NCBI GenBank assembly: GCA_964389655.1
Contig: CAYMED010000010.1
Coordinates: forward strand, 1-64,000
Origin: an uncultured Candidatus Poseidoniales archaeon
GTDB lineage: Archaea; Thermoplasmatota; Poseidoniia; Poseidoniales; CAYMED01
Direction: 5' to 3'
Length of the DNA stretch: 64,000 nt
Below the pieces are notes generated by a model. It was not told the origin of the DNA. It worked only from the letters and a program-made list of their open reading frames with translations, and did no database searches. The position numbers and the translations under genes were made by a program. How positions within the stretch are numbered: the stretch's first letter is position 1; each line of letters opens with the position of its first letter. This document shows positions 47,305 to 62,300 of this stretch, one piece after another.

Positions 47305-50300
47305 TCAGACTTGCTTGATGCTTGGGTTGATGTTTCCGCCATCTGCATTTGTGTTCAATTGGAACTTAGCAAGTGATTTCTGAACAGGGCCATCAAAGAT
47401 GACGTTCAATTGTGCGGGACTGCTTCCACCAAGTGGACTGCCACCATTATCTGGATTATACATGCGGACATAAATCACATCACCTTGGCCGAAGCCTGTG
47501 AAATAGTTTCCATTGCTGTCAACAACTTGCTTGTCATTGAACACAATCAACGAACGTGCATCAGGAGCCTGTGAAGACGGTGCAACACCGTAGATACTCC
47601 GGTTTTGAAGATCTTGTCCGTATATCGTTCCATCTCCATCGACAAGCTCAACACGCATCTGAGACATCCGAATGTCATCACCAGATTGTGTTACAGTGAT
47701 CGAGAAGAAGTAGTTCGCTTGCTCGGCATCGCCTGTGTTGAAATCAGTTTGCCAAATTAATGCGGGTTCTGCTTTCGCACTCGTATCTGCGAGGCTTCCT
47801 GCCCAAACATAGAGCACGCCTGCCAACACAACAGTGACTGCTACCATCAAAATGGTTGCAATAACTGGGCTGACTGCCTCGTCATCCTCAACCATGGACT
47901 CTTCTTCCTCATCACGTCCAGAGGGGCCACGCCTGATTAGTGCAACGGCTAGACCTGCAATTGCAACTGACACGAATGTCGGTGCAAATGAGGGTACGCT
48001 CGCTACAGAAGCAAGAGGGCGCACAATCTTAGGTAGCATACTAGACTTGCTTCGTTGTGAGGCATCCGTATGGCTAACCACATTGTTCGTCCAGTCACTA
48101 TCTTCCAAATCAACTAAGAAATCATCTGATTCAACTGGCGGCGTAGATTCGATCTGAGTCACTAATCCAGTGACATTATCGAAGTGGCGCTCAACTTCCC
48201 ACGTCTTCACATCAATTCTAAACCAAATCCATTGCTGATCAATTTCATTTCCAGATTGGTCCTGATACGTTGCCAAGTTCTCACGAGTCACCCAACATTC
48301 CGCACTTACTGATGCACCACCTGCTTTCGGAACATCTGCGCGATCAATGACGTCACAAACTTCCTGTGCAGTGCGTGTACCATTTCCATAGATGTAAACC
48401 ACTAAGTCATGTGGGTATGCATACACTCCGCTTGAAACTGAATCATTATTCATGATACCAATCGAAACTGGAACTGGTGTACCCTCTAGAACTGCCTGAC
48501 TGATTCCGAACCGGACACTTTGTGGCTCAAAGGTATAGTCAGGTACTGGCTCATCTACATTGGAAATCCTGATCCGAACAAGGACATCGCTTTCACCCTG
48601 CTCATAAGCCGCATTAAGAGGTGCATAGAAACCGGGATCTGTTGCTGAATCATGGAGTTTCAACCTGATCGTACAGTAATTAACTGGGTTTCCGTCATGC
48701 GTTGGCATGGACTGATGGATCTCAGAATCATATAGTGCATCGAGTTCTTTTCCATCTGTGTTTGCATCAGGTACTAGATTCAATTTCATCTTACCAGATG
48801 TAATCATGTCTCGAGTCCCTGTTTGAGCATCGACCACGTGGAAATAGTTCCAATAATCACAGCGTCTACTGCTGGTCTCTTCATTATGGACTGTCCAGTA
48901 CAACTGAGTTGGATCACTAACCCAAGAGCCTGTTGAATTCAGTTTGAGAGAATCAACATCGGTACCAATTTGGCTTAGATCAATCGTCAGATCATCTGTA
49001 TTGGTCGTGTCTTCTTCAAAGACCCATGACCATTCATTATCCACTACTTGGTCGAGGACGGTTCCAGATTCAGTTGCAAGAAGTGTACCATCACTTGGAT
49101 CACCAATCTCAGGTAGGTCATTCGTTGGACGAAGTGTAAAGTTCACCAAGTATTCCTCAGCCCATTCATTCACTGAAGCACGATCTGTGAGATTCAAGGT
49201 AATAGAACATACCCCACCAATTTCGTTCTGATCATTCTCCCATATCTTCACCTTCGGGGACTTTTCCCAAAGGCCTCCTGGGAGTGGTTGGAATTCAGAG
49301 TACTGCAGATTAATTGCATTACACTGTGAATCAAGACTAATTGACCAATTATAGTTCTGTGGAGCCTGCTCATTGTTGTGCGATGCTCCAGCATCTTGTT
49401 CGTTCCACATATCCACAATAAAGCTATCGAAATAGTTGCCATTCGTCGAGTTCGCAGACGTTCCAAGGTCGAGGTTTAACTCTATCATCTGTCCTTCATA
49501 CTGGATATTACTTGATCCACTACCCATTCCGAAAACAATCGACTCAGCACAATCAATCTTGTTCAGGTCGCAAATTACTGGCGCGTCATTCACATTTGTT
49601 ACATTGATTCGCAACGGATGCTCTCTCGTAAGCCCATCAAGGTCCTCTACAGTCAGAGTCATCAGATGGTCTCCAAACTGGTTCGGCCTAGTACTGAGGA
49701 TCAAATCATGCCCGACAACGACTACGTTGACAGGTGACCCTGAATACGCACTCTCATGTACTGCACTCCACATCAACTTGTCAGAAGAATCCTGCAAGTC
49801 TTGCCCAAGGGCTGTCAAATTAAGGACGTAATTTCCTTGATCTTCTACCAATTCCTGAGCACCTATGATTCCCACAATCAATGGGCGTGCGCGCTTGATA
49901 TCAATTTGCAAGATTTTGCTCGTATCCATTGAAATTCCAGAGTTAGATGAGTCCCAGTTCTCTTCACGGAAGTCTTTGACTGTTACATCCCACTGTGTGT
50001 TCTCACCTTGTGGAACTGCACTTCCAAGATAGGTTCTGTAAATCAGCAAGTGGTTGCGCATTGATGCTTGACTTAGACTGTCTTCCTTGTCCGCTGCAAA
50101 TCGCACTGAAATTGCTTCATCAAAAGTCTCTCCACCTGACCCAACAAGAGTGTTGCCTGCTGGGTGAACTGCAGATACGGCATTTGTTCCGTCATTTTGT
50201 GTGAAAGCGACTACTCTAGCGGCACCAGAGTCCTGCCATCCAAGGTTTCCAATACAGTCGAATGGAACCGCAAGTTCAGTTACATTAGATGTAGCATCTG

Positions 50301-53300
50301 ACGTCTCACGTCCCCAGTGGGCATCAAAGCCACTGCAACCTGTTACACTTGACCAGGAACTGCCGCCAAATACCATCAAACTCTTCGTGCTACCATCTGA
50401 TGACAGGTGCAAGCGATAGTCTGCAGCAAAGGGCATCACATGTGATTGTCCATCACCCGCAGAGTAGCCAGCATTGGATCCTCCAAAGGTTGTATCGAAA
50501 TACATGATGAAGTCTTCACCGCCAGTGAGGTCGTGTCCTTGAAGTGCAAAGTACAGTGTTGTGGAATCCCAAGTGGTCCATAATGTGCTTATGGAATCGG
50601 TTTCATAGTTAACTGACTTCATGCGGGTACCTATTGCTGGTCCACCACTTACGACACCTGGGCGTACCCAATCTGTGGGGACTTGTCCCATCCAATCGTC
50701 CATGGATCCCTTGTCAGCTGGTGTATTGACTGATATCGACTTTCTCCAAGCAGGACTGACATAGTCAGCCTGTTGGCGGTCTGATGATTGCAGGAGAAGT
50801 GCAACGTTCTTTGTTGGATTGCCCATATACGTCACATCCACACCTAGCAGATTCCCTTCATAGATGACTGCAGTACCTGCAACTGACAACTTGCCAGTAA
50901 CTGGTGGTGTTGAAGTGGGGTCATCTCCTTCCAAACTACCGTTGATCACGAATAGTTCTGCATTTGCTTGTGCATCAATTTGAGTAGTAATTCCACTTCC
51001 CCAAGTGATATTCTCCAAATGGCCTTCAGCTCCGCCACGCATGACTAATCCCGTTGTGGAATCTGCATTAACGTGGCTAAATCTGAAGCCAGTTACTCCA
51101 TCAACATCAATTCCAGTATCTGCTTTAACGCTGACGTAATCTGCATCTATGTCTGAAGTTGAGGAAGAGACAACTAATGCTGTGCTACCAGCTCCTGTTG
51201 CTTCAAGGTATGCGCCTCCAAGTGTATCTAGCACTTGCAGTGAACCCGTGTATTGAAGAACTCCTGCCTCATTGCGCACTTCTACCTGGTATGACTTGTG
51301 GATCTCTGTGTTAATAGTCATGGTTTGCTCTGGTGTTGCTTTCGGTTCACCACAAGAGAATCTAATATCCATCGGTAGGTCTTCAACATCACCGGCTAGA
51401 ACAACATTCCCTGAATCATCAGTCAATTCCCACGAAGTCTCTTCAGGCCAATAATCAGATTCATATTCAAATACATAATCTGTAGAGGTCTTGGCATCGA
51501 ATGGACCCATAGTAACGATCTTGCCCCAGTCATATCCTGGCACTGTTAGAACGGTATTTGTTGTTCCTTTCTCACGGATTGCTCCGCCTAGTCCCTCATT
51601 ACCATCTCCATATGTGTCCATCATCGTTAGATTTAGACCCATACAGGTGATCACAGGACTTGGCCAATTCCATTCAACAGAAGTGGTTGCGAAAAGAGAA
51701 CCGCTGGTTTCATTCACAGAAAGATTATGTGAACCCGTATTTACGAATGTGACTGAATCACCTGCCGCAAGATATGGCGCATTTGGAGACATTCCCGTAT
51801 CAGATAGTTCAATGATATGTGTTTGTGGATCTGATCGTCCAACGGATAGATCTGCACCGTTTGTCAGTTCAACTGCAGTGTTCTTGGACTTGATTTGTGT
51901 GTTGCGACCCAATTCAAGATCGCCGCCACTCATGACAAGCCCGTCTTCGAAGCCACTAATTGAAACACCATACAATTTCACATCAAGGTTGCTTCCAGAA
52001 AGCTCGTATCCTACTTGATCAGAATACAAACCAGATCCTGCACCTGAATCGTATGATGATCGTTCATCGATCACATCACAGTTTTGTGCATCAAAAGCCT
52101 GATGCCAAACTGAAACATCGTTATCCGCAGCATGGATTGTACCTCCTGCACAATTCCTCACCCAGATACCATATCCGCCAACAACCTGACGCCCACTTTG
52201 CGTGATGGTGTTGTCTGTAATCCAAATATCCTGCCCATTGCGGATGGTATTCACATAAATCCCACCATCTGCATCAGTCAGGGTGTTGCCAGTAACATTT
52301 CCGTTGGAAAGACCCATGTAGATACCATAGTGGTTTGTATTTGAATCACCAAATATCGTGTTTCCGTTAATTGTTACATCAGTCACCCGGTTCACATAGA
52401 TCGGTTGTTCTCCATGGTTGAATTCATTTCCATCAACAACCAAATTGTTGGAATATCCATCATTGATGTACAAGCCATAGTTTGGCGAGGTTGAACCTCG
52501 CATGACGTTGTTGGATACTGTTCCTCCATCCATGTATGAATATCCTTCAAAGTAGATACCATACTCTTCAGAATCAATCAAAACATTTCCATCAACGACG
52601 ACACCATCAGGGCCGTAATCAGCTGGTTGTTGATAGTAGTAATTACTTGCACGAGATATACGAATTGGATAATCGAAACCAATCATCGTGTTGTCGGAAA
52701 TTTGGCCACCATCTGGCTCCGCGAAGTTAATCCCATACCGATATTGGTAGTAGATATTCGCATCTTGAACTCGAGACACAAAGGTGTTGCCGTCTACTAC
52801 GAAACGCTCTGCTTTCTGACCATACCAGTTATACGGCTCGCCCTGAGAAATTCCTGATAAGCCAATAATTGTGGTGTTTGTAATTATTGGGTTAAGTGCA
52901 TTCCAAGGGTCACCGAAGGAAATACCATAGGAGTCTCCAGATCCACCAGTGTCTCCAAGAACGATGATGGTTGCATTATGCATGTGTATACCGGCTGAAT
53001 TTTGGTAGTCAACATACATGCGTGTTAAGCGTTGATATGCATTAATTCCTGGCTGTACAAAGATCGTTGTATTATCTAATTGAAGTTCAATGTCGTTCGA
53101 TGGTGTGTAGAGGTAATCCGTATTCCACATCAAAGCTGCCCCATTCCAATCACCTGCTTTTCCAGTCCCACCATCTGCAATGGGCAAACTCATTGCACCA
53201 AATGCTTGAGCAGAATTTCCATACTGATTTCCAGTGGAGGTAGACCAATCTGCATCACACTCATTGTCTGACCAATTATTACACACAATCGCATCAATTG

Positions 53301-56300
53301 CTGCGTTGAAGGTAATGCTGATTGTATCTTTCCCTGTTGAAGTCAATGGGAGATTTGCCTGCCGGACATATCTCCAATCGCGAACATCGCCAGAGTCATC
53401 AAATGGGCCAAGGGCAACAACTTCGTATGCCGATAAAGTCAGAGCCACAAGTCCACCGGATTGTGTTTTCTCCTCGGTGATTTTCTCAAATCCTGTTGCC
53501 ATACCGAGTGAATCGGATGTGGCATGACCCGCAACCTCACCGCGGTCAGTCAGTAAATAGACCTCAGCACCCTGCGTAAATGGATCTGTATCTGGCTTAA
53601 GGACAGAAAACTCAACTGAATAGCCACGACGAACAATTCCATTTCCATGAGTCACATCAACTAGACCCATGTCAATAGTTCCATCGAGTACAGTGACATC
53701 AGTTGCTGAACTAACGACGATATCCTTTGTGTTTCCTGAGAAGGTAGGGTTTGTGATTTTGTTTGCACCCGTTCCAGTGAACTCCATGCCAATGGCGTTG
53801 TTTGCAATGGTTAGAGAATCCCACTCCCATCCACCAGTATCAGAAGATCCAGTCTTGATTGCTGCACCTCCTGAGTTGCCAATGGATCCAGTGAAGGTCA
53901 ATTGGAAGTTTGAATCCAAGTAAAGACCCGCAAGACTCTGCCCTGACAACGAAACACCTGGCAGGCTAAGAGCACCATTCGATGTTGAATCAATCAAGAC
54001 ACCATAATTTCCTCCTGAAACTGTCAATCCATCTATTACCGAATTGACATTCCCCAGTGTCTTTAGCCCACTATTTGTTGGGCTAGAGACCGTGACTGTG
54101 TTCATTGTTACAACAGCATTGTTCCCGTTGAGCACAATACCATCTGTTGCTCCAGTGATCTGCCCATTGCTCATGCTCGCACGACCAAATTCTCGAACCC
54201 ATTTTGAGTTCATCAGATTTGCTTCTGAATCACCTGATTTTGCCACGAATTCCATGCGATCTTCGAAAAGGTCAGATCCCCTGTGGTAGAAATCAAATTC
54301 AAAGGTATATTCGCTGATGTCTCCTCGGCCAGTTTTGACAATTGGGGCAGACATGTGGTATTCATAACCCTGATTTTGGTTCTGGAAATAGCCATATGCA
54401 CGGCAAGCACCGCTCGCATAATTCTGTCGGTACCAGTAATAATTGTAGTTGACTCCAGTGGTATCCCAGCCATTTCCAGGATCGTTTGAATTGCTGCTTA
54501 GTTGGTATTGACCATTGAAGTAGTACGAATACCGGTGTGAGTACCAATACATCTGCACATAGTAATAGTAATTCAAACTCTGTCCTTCAATTTCTTCGAG
54601 GCTATAATTGAATGCTGCATATGGGCTGTTGCTCATCGAACTATTGGTGTATTTTGGTAAGTAGTAATTGTACGTGTATGGATTACCACCCCAGTCCTTG
54701 ATGTATGAATACGAAAATCCATTTCCACATCGGTAGTAGGGGTTGTATTTGTGGTATGTATCAATTGTAGAACCACTTGCTGCGTATGTTGCTCCTTGGT
54801 TACCCGGACGCAATGGCTCAGCAGCATTTCCATTTAGGCCTACATTGTAGTACATCTTATCGAAAGCGAGATAATCACCAGCATAGGAATAACCCCACAA
54901 TCCATTCGTTCCTGCATCCATCACTATTTTTGCACCAACCTGCACATAGTCATTCGACTTGGCAAGGCTCGTGAGGTCGACGGAATAGTGCTTCCACCCA
55001 CTCATACCTGAGATCGCCGTACTTCGATACAACGTTGGAAGGGTCATTGATCCTTCAACATCAACGCCCGTCGTCGTGCCTGTAATCGTAAATGCATTCA
55101 CAGTAGGTGCTGCTCGAAGGAGCTTTAGGCCAATAGCCGCATCTTCCAATGTAATTTGATCGAGGACAGGTGTAGCTGACTCAATGCGAAGCGCAGTTCC
55201 TGTTTGAGCTGTATTCGTGATTTTTGAGGCGCCGATCGATGTCATACTACCGCCATCAATCGAAACTGTCGCCACATCAGTACTGCTTGCTTGAGCGCCA
55301 AGTATAGTAGCTGCATCTAGTGCAAGGACGCTTCCATCGCCAATTGTAAATCCGCAATTACATCCAACCTCTGCCAACACATCCTTTATTGTTGAACGAG
55401 TAACAGTTACCGTTCCAAGAACAACATCGAAGTCCCATCCATATTGTGAGTTCTTTGCACCCAACAATACATCGCCTGGAAGGCGGAGTTCACCACCATC
55501 AGTGATGGCGATACGAGTGGTTTTAGACCCAGTGGAATTCATGTTAATATTTCCACCATTTACTTCAAGGATACACCCATCAAGAGTGAATGAATCAGTG
55601 ATTGTCATGTTCGCACCTTCAATGAGATAATGTCCAGGGACCTTTTCAGTAAAGGATGAATCAGCCTTAATGTCCGAACATGTCATAGCACTCTGGAAAT
55701 CCATTGGAGCAGAATCCATCTGTATTGTCACAGAGCCATCTGGGCGCACGGAATCATCCCAAACGCCTCCACTTCCTCCACTTCCCACGGCTTCGATATT
55801 GTGGTGGGAGTATGTCGTGGTACCTGAATTGTCTACTTTCTCCGTAATAATCCATACCCTAGCATCCCCGTTTGCATCTGAAATAACCGACCCAATTGGG
55901 CTAAGTGCTGGGGAGATGGAGGAAAGTGTGGAATTCACACTACCTGTTGTACCTGATGTAGCATAGACGCTTTGGTCTGCCATTGGTTTGGTTGCCGACT
56001 GGCCGATAAAGGCCATATCTCTCCAAACATGCGCATAAACAAGTCCACCAACATAGTATTCTGATCCTTGACCTGAATCAAGAGTAAATACACAGTTTGC
56101 TGAAATGTGTCCTGTATTGTCATTGCATCTGAACATTCCGCTACCAGCATCACTAATATTCACGTGGATTACCATCAAAGAAGCACCGGTATTGGCACTC
56201 CCCACTTCATTGAATGACGCACCAAAGGTGTTTACTTGCGAGCCAATTATGACATCTGCGACAACGAGTTGTCCGCCGTCAGATGCTTGGAGAACATTTC

Positions 56301-59300
56301 CATTACCTGATGTTTCTGACATCACTCCACCGACGGCTTCAAGGAGATTTCCCCCACAACTTGCTGAAGTGTCAGCAATGATTTTGCCATCACCACCAGA
56401 TAATGCGAGGGCAAAATCAGATACGCGTACATTCCAGCCACAGGCATCAGACATTTTCAATTGTGCTGCAGTTACATCCATTGCGCTTACAACCGCATTA
56501 GATGGTGAAATGCCGAAGAATTGCAACCCGTCACCGGTATTACTCAAATCGATGTGCTCCAGCGAGGATGGTGCAACTCTTGTAAGCGATAGAGCATGCC
56601 CAGAGGCACCCGTTACATTCACATATTCCATGGTAGCTGAAAGACCACTTGGGCCAGAAAGCGCAGTATCTCCTAAGTTGATACCATCTGTTGAGACGTC
56701 AGCAAGTGTAATCCCGTAGATCTCAAGGCTTGCTGTTGGATTCACATCCGTAATACCGTTAGTAAAGGCCGCAGATACATCGAAGTTGTTGATGTACACG
56801 TCTGAAATGCTTGCTGCACTGTTGAAGTCAATGACTGCACCAGTTTGGCGTGTCGCAATTGTGTTGGTTGACACAGTCATATTTGAGATCCAAAGATCGG
56901 AGACCTCTGTACCAGTAATGACGTTCACATTTGCATCCACGACATCAACATTCTCTAGACTGAGTGTTGATCCTGTACCTGTGATACGGATGACACCATC
57001 ATTGGCTCCACCATCTTGGTTACAACTGGTAAAGCTAGAATCACGAATCACAACATCTGCACCGTCCGGTGCCTTCAAACAAGATTTGTCAACCTTGTCG
57101 AAGTTCGCATTTGTCAGTGAAATAGCCGTATTGGCACCACTGCCGTGTTCAATTGCCGTACCTACGTTGGTGAAAGTCACATCAGAGAAACCGATGGATC
57201 CTACGTCGCCTGCTGTTGAAGTTCCTGAGCCATCATGTCGGCTTCCAGCCTTCACAGCGGTTTCTGCGAACTCAAAGTCAACATGCTGGAAATTATGCCT
57301 ATCAGCTTGTTGTTTCGCTGTACATCCACTGGAGGGTGAAGTAAAGGCGAGCCCTTTCCAATCACGGCCAGGTTCCAAAGTTGAGAACTTAATCGGCTCT
57401 GCCGCAGTCCCTTCTGCATCTAATTGGATACAACTGGACCCATCAAAAGAGATCCCCTTTCCTGGCTCAACCAATATTGTCGTACCTGGTTCAATCTGAA
57501 GGTTAGCAGCAACGGACAGGAAATTACCATTCGTTGGCTTAACTCGGATCGGACTCATTTCTTTGTCCCAAATCGTGTCTTTGGTAATATCAGCACTTAC
57601 GTCAAGACCTGCGCCTTCAAACGGTATTAACTTCGTTCGAATGCTACACTCTCGATCGCCACTGTACCAGCAATAATAAGATCCATAGCCAGACCAAAAT
57701 GGAGCCACCAAATTGGGTGGATTGTTGTTCTGAGTCGTAGGCAGGGTATAGTAATCCAAATTCCAAGGAGAACCACACAGTCGGAGACCATATGTGGTTG
57801 GGTTTTCCCAACTTCTATTGCACTGGTAATCATTCGTCGTGAATGAAAGACCGCCGAATCGCCAAATGTCCATACTGTAGCCATTTGCTTTGCTCATTGT
57901 ATCTCCAAACCAATCAAATTCAAAGTCGTCTGGCATCTCAACGTTATCGCCACATCGCTTGTAATAATCATAGTAGTAATATGCATAATAATAGCAGTAA
58001 TATGCATATGGCCACCCGCTCCCATCACCGCGCATAACTTCGTCATAGTTCTTCAACTCGTCCATACCAAGGTCATATGCTTCATAGCTGTGATCTGTTT
58101 GTCCAACTGTTGAGATACGGTAGTTGTTCCCTATTGGAAGACTGCGGCTGTATGAAAATGTCCAAGTTCGCTTTATGGTTTCACCATAGTTTCGAGTATC
58201 ATCTTGATACCCAATTGTGTGGGAATCATAGTATGCTTCACTGTCCGTGTCATACTCAAACTCGACTTCATTCGTCACATCGTAAAATCTCGCCTGATAT
58301 GATATCCAATCATTAGATGAATATCCAGCACCTTGATGGTGCCACTCCACAACGAAAACCTTGGTCGGTGTTCCAATATGATAAGACATATCTGCACTCC
58401 ATGCAGTGTTCTTACCACTCGTAGCAATGGATGCATCTGTTGCAGATACGTTGTACGTAATGGTTGAACCACGCGCCATTTCTGGAATCACAGAAACCCA
58501 TTCACAAGTTACTTGTGCACAAGAAGAAACTGTACCCTTCGTCGGAATCATGTTACTCACGATGATAGCACCAGTACGGAGATTCGATGTGTCTTGTGTG
58601 CCGCTTGAAGTGAGGTTATTTAGTGCGCCAAATGTACTCGAAGAAGTCGCACCATAACTCTGTGCGGTTGTCAAATCAGCGACATCGTTGAGCACGGCCT
58701 GTGCATTTGTTGCAGCCGTGCCGCCAGACATGCTGCTGATTGAAGCACCATTCATGTCTTTGATTTCAATGTCAGTATTCTGATCATCGACCGTAAATGA
58801 AGTAGCACTTGTCGGCTTAAAGTGAGTCCCATCACCTACGTGATAGTTCGACCAAGCCCAAGTGTTCTCGACAGTCTTGTTTATCCATGTTGCTAGACCG
58901 CCAGATAGTGTATCATCCTCAGTAAATGTGAGGATGGTACCAGATGGTACGGCACACCAATTCATATCAGAATTCAATTCAATGGTCGAATCTACACTCC
59001 CATCTCCGTTGTCATCAACTTCAATGGTCCATCCGCGCATGTCAACATTAGATGCGCCATTGCTGCCTACGACCATCAATTCGATCCAGTCACCACCATT
59101 TCCAGCGACTTGACCCCAATGTGGGTCAGTGCCACTCAATGTTTGGCCACTATCGACAGCATTGAATTCATTCACAATCACAGACCCGGCTGTTGTAGCT
59201 AGACCACAGGATGTGCCAAAGTCTTGGGCCATCCCGTAAACTGCAGAATAGGTCAGTTTAGGTGGGCTCGATGTATCAAGCCCAGTGGGTGGGTCACCAT

Positions 59301-62300
59301 CATCTGCGATCGTTGCGTATACCTTACGCTTGGTCGCAACATAGGAGTCACCAAGTACTGAAATATCCTGCAAGAGGGGTTCAAATGTGTCTGGGACAGG
59401 CTTGATTGGAGCCACACGGGAATAGATCTCCCAATCGGGGGTGAATCGTCCGTTATATCCATGTGAACCATGAGTCCAGCCATTCCATCGATATTGGTAG
59501 TTATTTCCACCCGTCTTTTGATAGCCATAGTAATAATAATGGGTGCAACCAGGGAGGGTGCTGCTACTCTTTCTGAAATAACTGAAACCGTTTGAATTGA
59601 TACAAAGGTGTGTGAAATCATGGCTAGAATAACTTTGTCCGACCGTCTTGGTTCCGAATTTGCCGCTGAAATCGGTACTACCAACACGTACGGGAATCGC
59701 CTTGTTGTAGAAACTCCACGTTGACGTGTGTGATCTGCCGTCATCTCTCGCATAAGTCCATGAGGATCCCCCTGTCTGGGTGACGTAATACCGGTACTGG
59801 CCCTTATTTGTGGGCTCATGTATGCTGGCAGTATCGTCGATGTTGGCGATACCCCATTGGCCCTCATCCGCATTATAATAATACAAAATATTCTGTGAAG
59901 GGCCTGCCCTGCTAATTTCCCCAGGATAATTTACCACATAACTCGATGATGAGTATGAAGCTGATGTCGAGCGGGTAGTTGTGGTGCTGGAGTCGTGTTT
60001 CATGTTCCAATTGGGCGATTCCCAATAAGTCGAATCATCGGCCTCAAAACAATAGCCACAATCAGTTGAGTCGAACTCCCAAACAATCTCATTTGTGCCT
60101 TCCCACATGGTCATTTGTTGCTTATAGTAATTCTTTGCATCATAGCGGGCGTTGTACATTTGGTTTGCCCCATCCACATTAACGATCCATTTGTGGTCTG
60201 ATGTGGATGCTAGCGTGGTATCGAGAATTGTGTAACTGTGTAGGGTAGAAGGGACGTTTGAAGGATCAGTCACAGTCGTGATGTCGCCCCCACCACCAGA
60301 TGGTGATGTGGCCAAGTTCTTGTTTGTATGAGCATCTTGCATTGCAACAAAATATTCCACAGTTGCTCCAACGCTGTGCTCAGGGATTGTTCCTGCCATC
60401 CAAGGAACTAGGCTACCAAAACCATAGGATGGGAATTGATTCATCCTTGTGTCAGGTACATCTGAAATGATTGCACTGTTCCACGTGCCCGAGTTATTCT
60501 CGCGGTAGTAAATGCGAGGTTCATTCCCAGAGGATGTGTCAACGCCACTGACATCTGCTGCAGTCATGTATAGCGTACGGGCACCTGTTCGGTATGTATC
60601 TCCAGCATATGGGATGAATTTCAAATCGGGTGCATTGTTGTCCACTCCACCCGACCAATCAAGAATCAAGACCATTTGCTTGCCGCCACATCGATAATCT
60701 CTTGAGCCGACATTACAGATATTGTACCAAGGTTGTGTGTCATTCTTTGATACGCGAATACCAAGCCCAACCCAAGTATCTGAACCTGTGTTTGAGGCGC
60801 GGGTCGCCAATTCATTCGCGCCGCTTGTGGAGAAGGTCATATTTTTCCAACCCGTTCCACTTGGATGTTTTACATAGGCCGAAGTTGGGCTGTTTTCGGT
60901 GGAAGTCAGCATTTTCATCGGATTTCCGCTCATGCTAGAACTATACCCTTGGAAATTATCGGGATCCAGAAGAGCCGCATTTGATGAACAAACTACGCTT
61001 GGATTCGTCCACGAATTCCACGACCCTTGACAAGTGCGCAAAATAGCTGTATCCATCTTGTACTTCGTCTTCAGACCTTGATTCGCATACGGAACATATG
61101 TCGAAAGAGTTGCTGAGTTAATGGTTGCTTGTGGCAGCATAGTGTTCTTCAAGTCAAACTTAGCCCACACATTGTAGTGATAGAACAAGTATGAACTTCC
61201 TGCTGCGCACGTGTCACGGGGCCAAGAGTAAGATGATTGGAGGCCACGGCAATAGCCACTCGTCCAGTCATTTCGATAAACTTGTGCGTACTTGCTACCC
61301 CAGCCGTAGTAATTGCTGTAACCATACTTCATGGCGTAACCAGAATCAAGTCCTTTGACAATGACTGTCGGGTCTATTGCAACGGGGTAGAGGAGGTCTT
61401 CCTGTTGTAGCCATTCAATAGGAACCCCAGTCGTGATCTCGACGAGAGGGCCCGTTACTTGGATGAAATATTTGCCCCTCACCGCTTGTGAAGGGTCCTG
61501 AAGTGATGAAATGATTGGAGATTGGATCTCTGCAATCATCTCTCCTGTCACGCGGTCTCGGATTTCGAGTCCTCGGTCCGTCTCATACCAGCCATCATCG
61601 ATGAGGTCATACCCATCGTAAAGGGCTGAATTAGAGGGGATCACCATGCGCTCTTTCAGACCAATCCACTTCTGCTGTGAATCGGGTAAATTAGGCATGT
61701 GCTCAAACACTAAATTCTGTTTCACTGTTGTTGGAGTAACCATGTATTCAAGATCTACGCTCTCGTACATTGGATAGCGGATTGTGTTACCTCCTGTGCG
61801 GGGGGTCGGTACGTGGACGGGCGGAGCAAGGTCCTCGTACGGAGTGGTCCCCATCATGCCAGGATCTGTCAAGACGATTTGTGGATCAATACCTATTCGA
61901 ATGGGTTCGGAGCCAAAAGATTCGTCATGGATGCCGACACCATGGTGAATGTCTTCGGCGAATGTCGTTACGAAGGTATTCTCCTCGACAATCCACCCCC
62001 GGTCTGATGTTTCAAGATTCAAGTTGATATCTTGCCAGCGACTATCCGCGTCAAGGTAGTGCATAGGCCCTGCAGTAATGTAGGCCCGCACCCCTTCATC
62101 GGTTTTGTAGAACTTCTTGTCTGCCTGACGCATACCAACTAATTCATCTGCAGAATCAACCCCCAGATCAATCGTCGGTTTTTCATCTGGCATCGGATAA
62201 ACTTCGTCTTCCGAGACCTCATCTAAGCCGCTTACGGAATCTAATCCGTTATCGACTTCGTCATTCATCGTGGTCGCTGGAGGCACAACTCCTCCCCAAC

